A stretch of DNA of 64,000 nucleotides, taken from assembly GCA_047495785.1 (NCBI GenBank), contig JBLDXI010000032.1, positions 1,302,001 through 1,366,000 on the forward strand, given 5' to 3'. A model generated the notes under the pieces. It did no database searches and had not been told where the DNA came from. It saw only the letters and a list, made by a program, of their open reading frames with translations. The position numbers were made by a program, and so were the translations under genes. This document shows, piece after piece, positions 62,399 through 64,000 of this stretch. Positions within the stretch are counted from its first letter, which is position 1. The number at the start of each line of letters is the position of its first letter. This DNA is from Lepidodermella squamata. Its lineage: Eukaryota; Animalia; Gastrotricha.

Positions 62399-62448
62399 GT
62401 TAAACCCTGAAGATGGCTGAATTAAAGCCGAAACATGTTGGAGTTGAC
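62399..62448 (+). ncRNA. Candidate minimal type I hammerhead ribozyme of Penelope-like-element type
   Basis: CTGAAGA-T-GGCT(GAATTAA)AGCC-GAAAC-ATGT-T: conserved core, 4-bp stem II, palindromic stem III ACATGT, imperfect stem I GTTAAACC/GGAGTTGAC. Confidence 0.55.
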
Positions 62449-63068
62449 GACTGGTTCTTTTAATAGTCATTTAATGATCTCGCTTTTCCATCAAATCCTA
62501 CTACTACTAGACAATTTGTGTATAGTTTTGTTTTTCGTGTACTCGCGTTGAAGTTCCCAGAATAGTTTGTCGTCTTCTATTATAGCTGGTTTCATTATTA
62601 ATTTTAAGCGTCGTATCTAAACCGGTGTGCGTGAATCATAACATTCCTTTTGTTTCACAAACAAATTTGTAAAAATTCTCACATTAATTTTACCGTGGTG
62701 GTAACTTGGCCAGAAATACTGTTTTTCAAACATCTCATGTCTCTAGTAACATTTATTGCTTTGAATCTAATACAAAAAACCCCGTTAAATTCTCAATCGA
62801 TGGGTCTAACCTGGTCTGCAATCGATAAAATCAATTGATTCTACGGAGGTATAAGTGATCCTGACCTAGTGGGGTAACTCGGCCGGTGCATGGGGTTAAT
62901 TGGCCGCCTGGCTTTTTCGCTAGGACGATGATTCATCACACCCTATCATGTTTTGGCCAAATTTCAGTGCGCATTTACACGTTAATTACACGTTAATCCC
63001 ACAGTTAATAACCGCAATAAGGTCCTTTAATTTAATATTTGTTTTAGAGCTCATTCTGATTTAGTATT

Positions 63069-64000
63069 ATGCTTATTTATGGCACGTTATTCTTCCTATC
63101 AATCGCGGAATATGTTTCATGCGCTGATAAACCGGTGATTCAGGAGGTTTTCACCGACTCTGGGTCGTTTACGATCGCAGAGGGCGCTGACCACACATTT
63201 CGATGCAGTGGAACCCAACAAATGAGCTGGCGCTACCTTGATCGGTCAGAAAAATGCTACGCAGATTCAAAAGTAAGTAAACACCTCGAAATGAATGACA
63301 ATGTTTAAGGAATAATTTTTAGCTGGAAACGATGGAAAATCGAGTGAAAATCAGCAGTCTCCACTTGGCTGGAAATCGGCATCTTTCGAGGTTGTCTTTG
63401 AGCAACGCTAACTGGCTCGATGTTGGCTTTATCGATTGCTACTATGTCGCAAAACCAACCAGTTACGACCGGTTCTATCTATACGTTAACAGTAATACTT
63501 GAATTTTCGCAATTTTTTTGAACTTTCTAATGATTTTCCTTCAGGTTCGAAACATGCGTTGTTGCCTTGTAGTCGACCAGCGGATATGCAGTCATGTAGA
63601 CTACCTGGTGTTCGCCGTAGCGTTTGGATAAACATGGCTTCCGATTCTGACTACGCGCCTTGCCGGAAGACCTCAGAAAACGTCGAGCTGGAAGTAACCG
63701 CCGATCATCAATACGACGGCCTGGTGCTCAGCCCGATTTTCAGCCCGCTCAATAAAGGCTTTCAACTCGCTGATTTTGTCGACAATGACATGACTAATCA
63801 AGTTGTGGTGACGTGCCGTGCAAAGAACAGCCCGACAAATGATTATTGCTCATTCACCTTGCAATACCCGGCCACTCAACACACGTGCCGGGCTAATTTA
63901 TCGAGAGAAATCGTTGCGAAACCGAATTTTGCCGACGCGAGCGATGTAATCTACCGCGATTCTCACATCACGCTGACATGTCGAGTTAGTTGCGTCGAAA
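63069..64000 (+). CDS. 5' part of a PDGF/VEGF-receptor-like Ig-domain protein, runs off the window
   Basis: Exons 63069-63272, 63323-63491, 63545 onwards join in frame. Signal peptide; Ig1 FRCSG..MSW ... LSLSNANWLDVGFIDCYY..FYLYV; Ig2 PCRKTSENVEL..KGF..TCRA. Confidence 0.75.

Overview
Eukaryotic window from a compact, AT-rich invertebrate animal genome. Evidence: many 48-58 nt introns plus longer repeat-filled introns, and metazoan genes (CUB/LDLa proteins, tetraspanin, PDGF/VEGF-receptor-like, EFCAB5); the exact lineage cannot be determined. The ORF track misses splicing, so gene models were rebuilt by hand from GT(GC)-AG sites and reading phase. Left to right: decayed ankyrin repeats; two tandem CUB/LDLa secreted-protein paralogues, the second ending in a trypsin-like domain lacking the catalytic triad; a core alpha-1,3-fucosyltransferase that looks plant/algal-type, with a tRNA-Leu(TAA) in its single intron; a 3.2 kb cassette (RNF5-like RING exon, small membrane ORFs) bracketed by ~410 bp direct repeats made of the FucT and INTS15 3' ends; a candidate trans-spliced operon HMG20-UQCC4-BORCS7-INTS15 (51-104 nt gaps); an LRR gene; an orphan Cys-rich GPI-type protein; a RASD/DIRAS-like GTPase; ACSL3/4; EFCAB5 with an RFX X-box and a GC-AG intron; a transposon-rich stretch (palindromic MITEs, piggyBac-type MITE, TIR element with 8-bp TSD, tRNA-derived SINE with 11-bp TSD, truncated CR1/L2-type LINE) overlapping a probable class B GPCR pseudogene; a tetraspanin; ~10 kb of non-coding DNA with a Penelope-type hammerhead motif; and the 5' end of a PDGFR/VEGFR-like gene. 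Top leads: the plant-type fucosyltransferase embedded among animal genes (candidate horizontal transfer) and the four-gene operon. Family calls rest on remembered motifs, not database searches.
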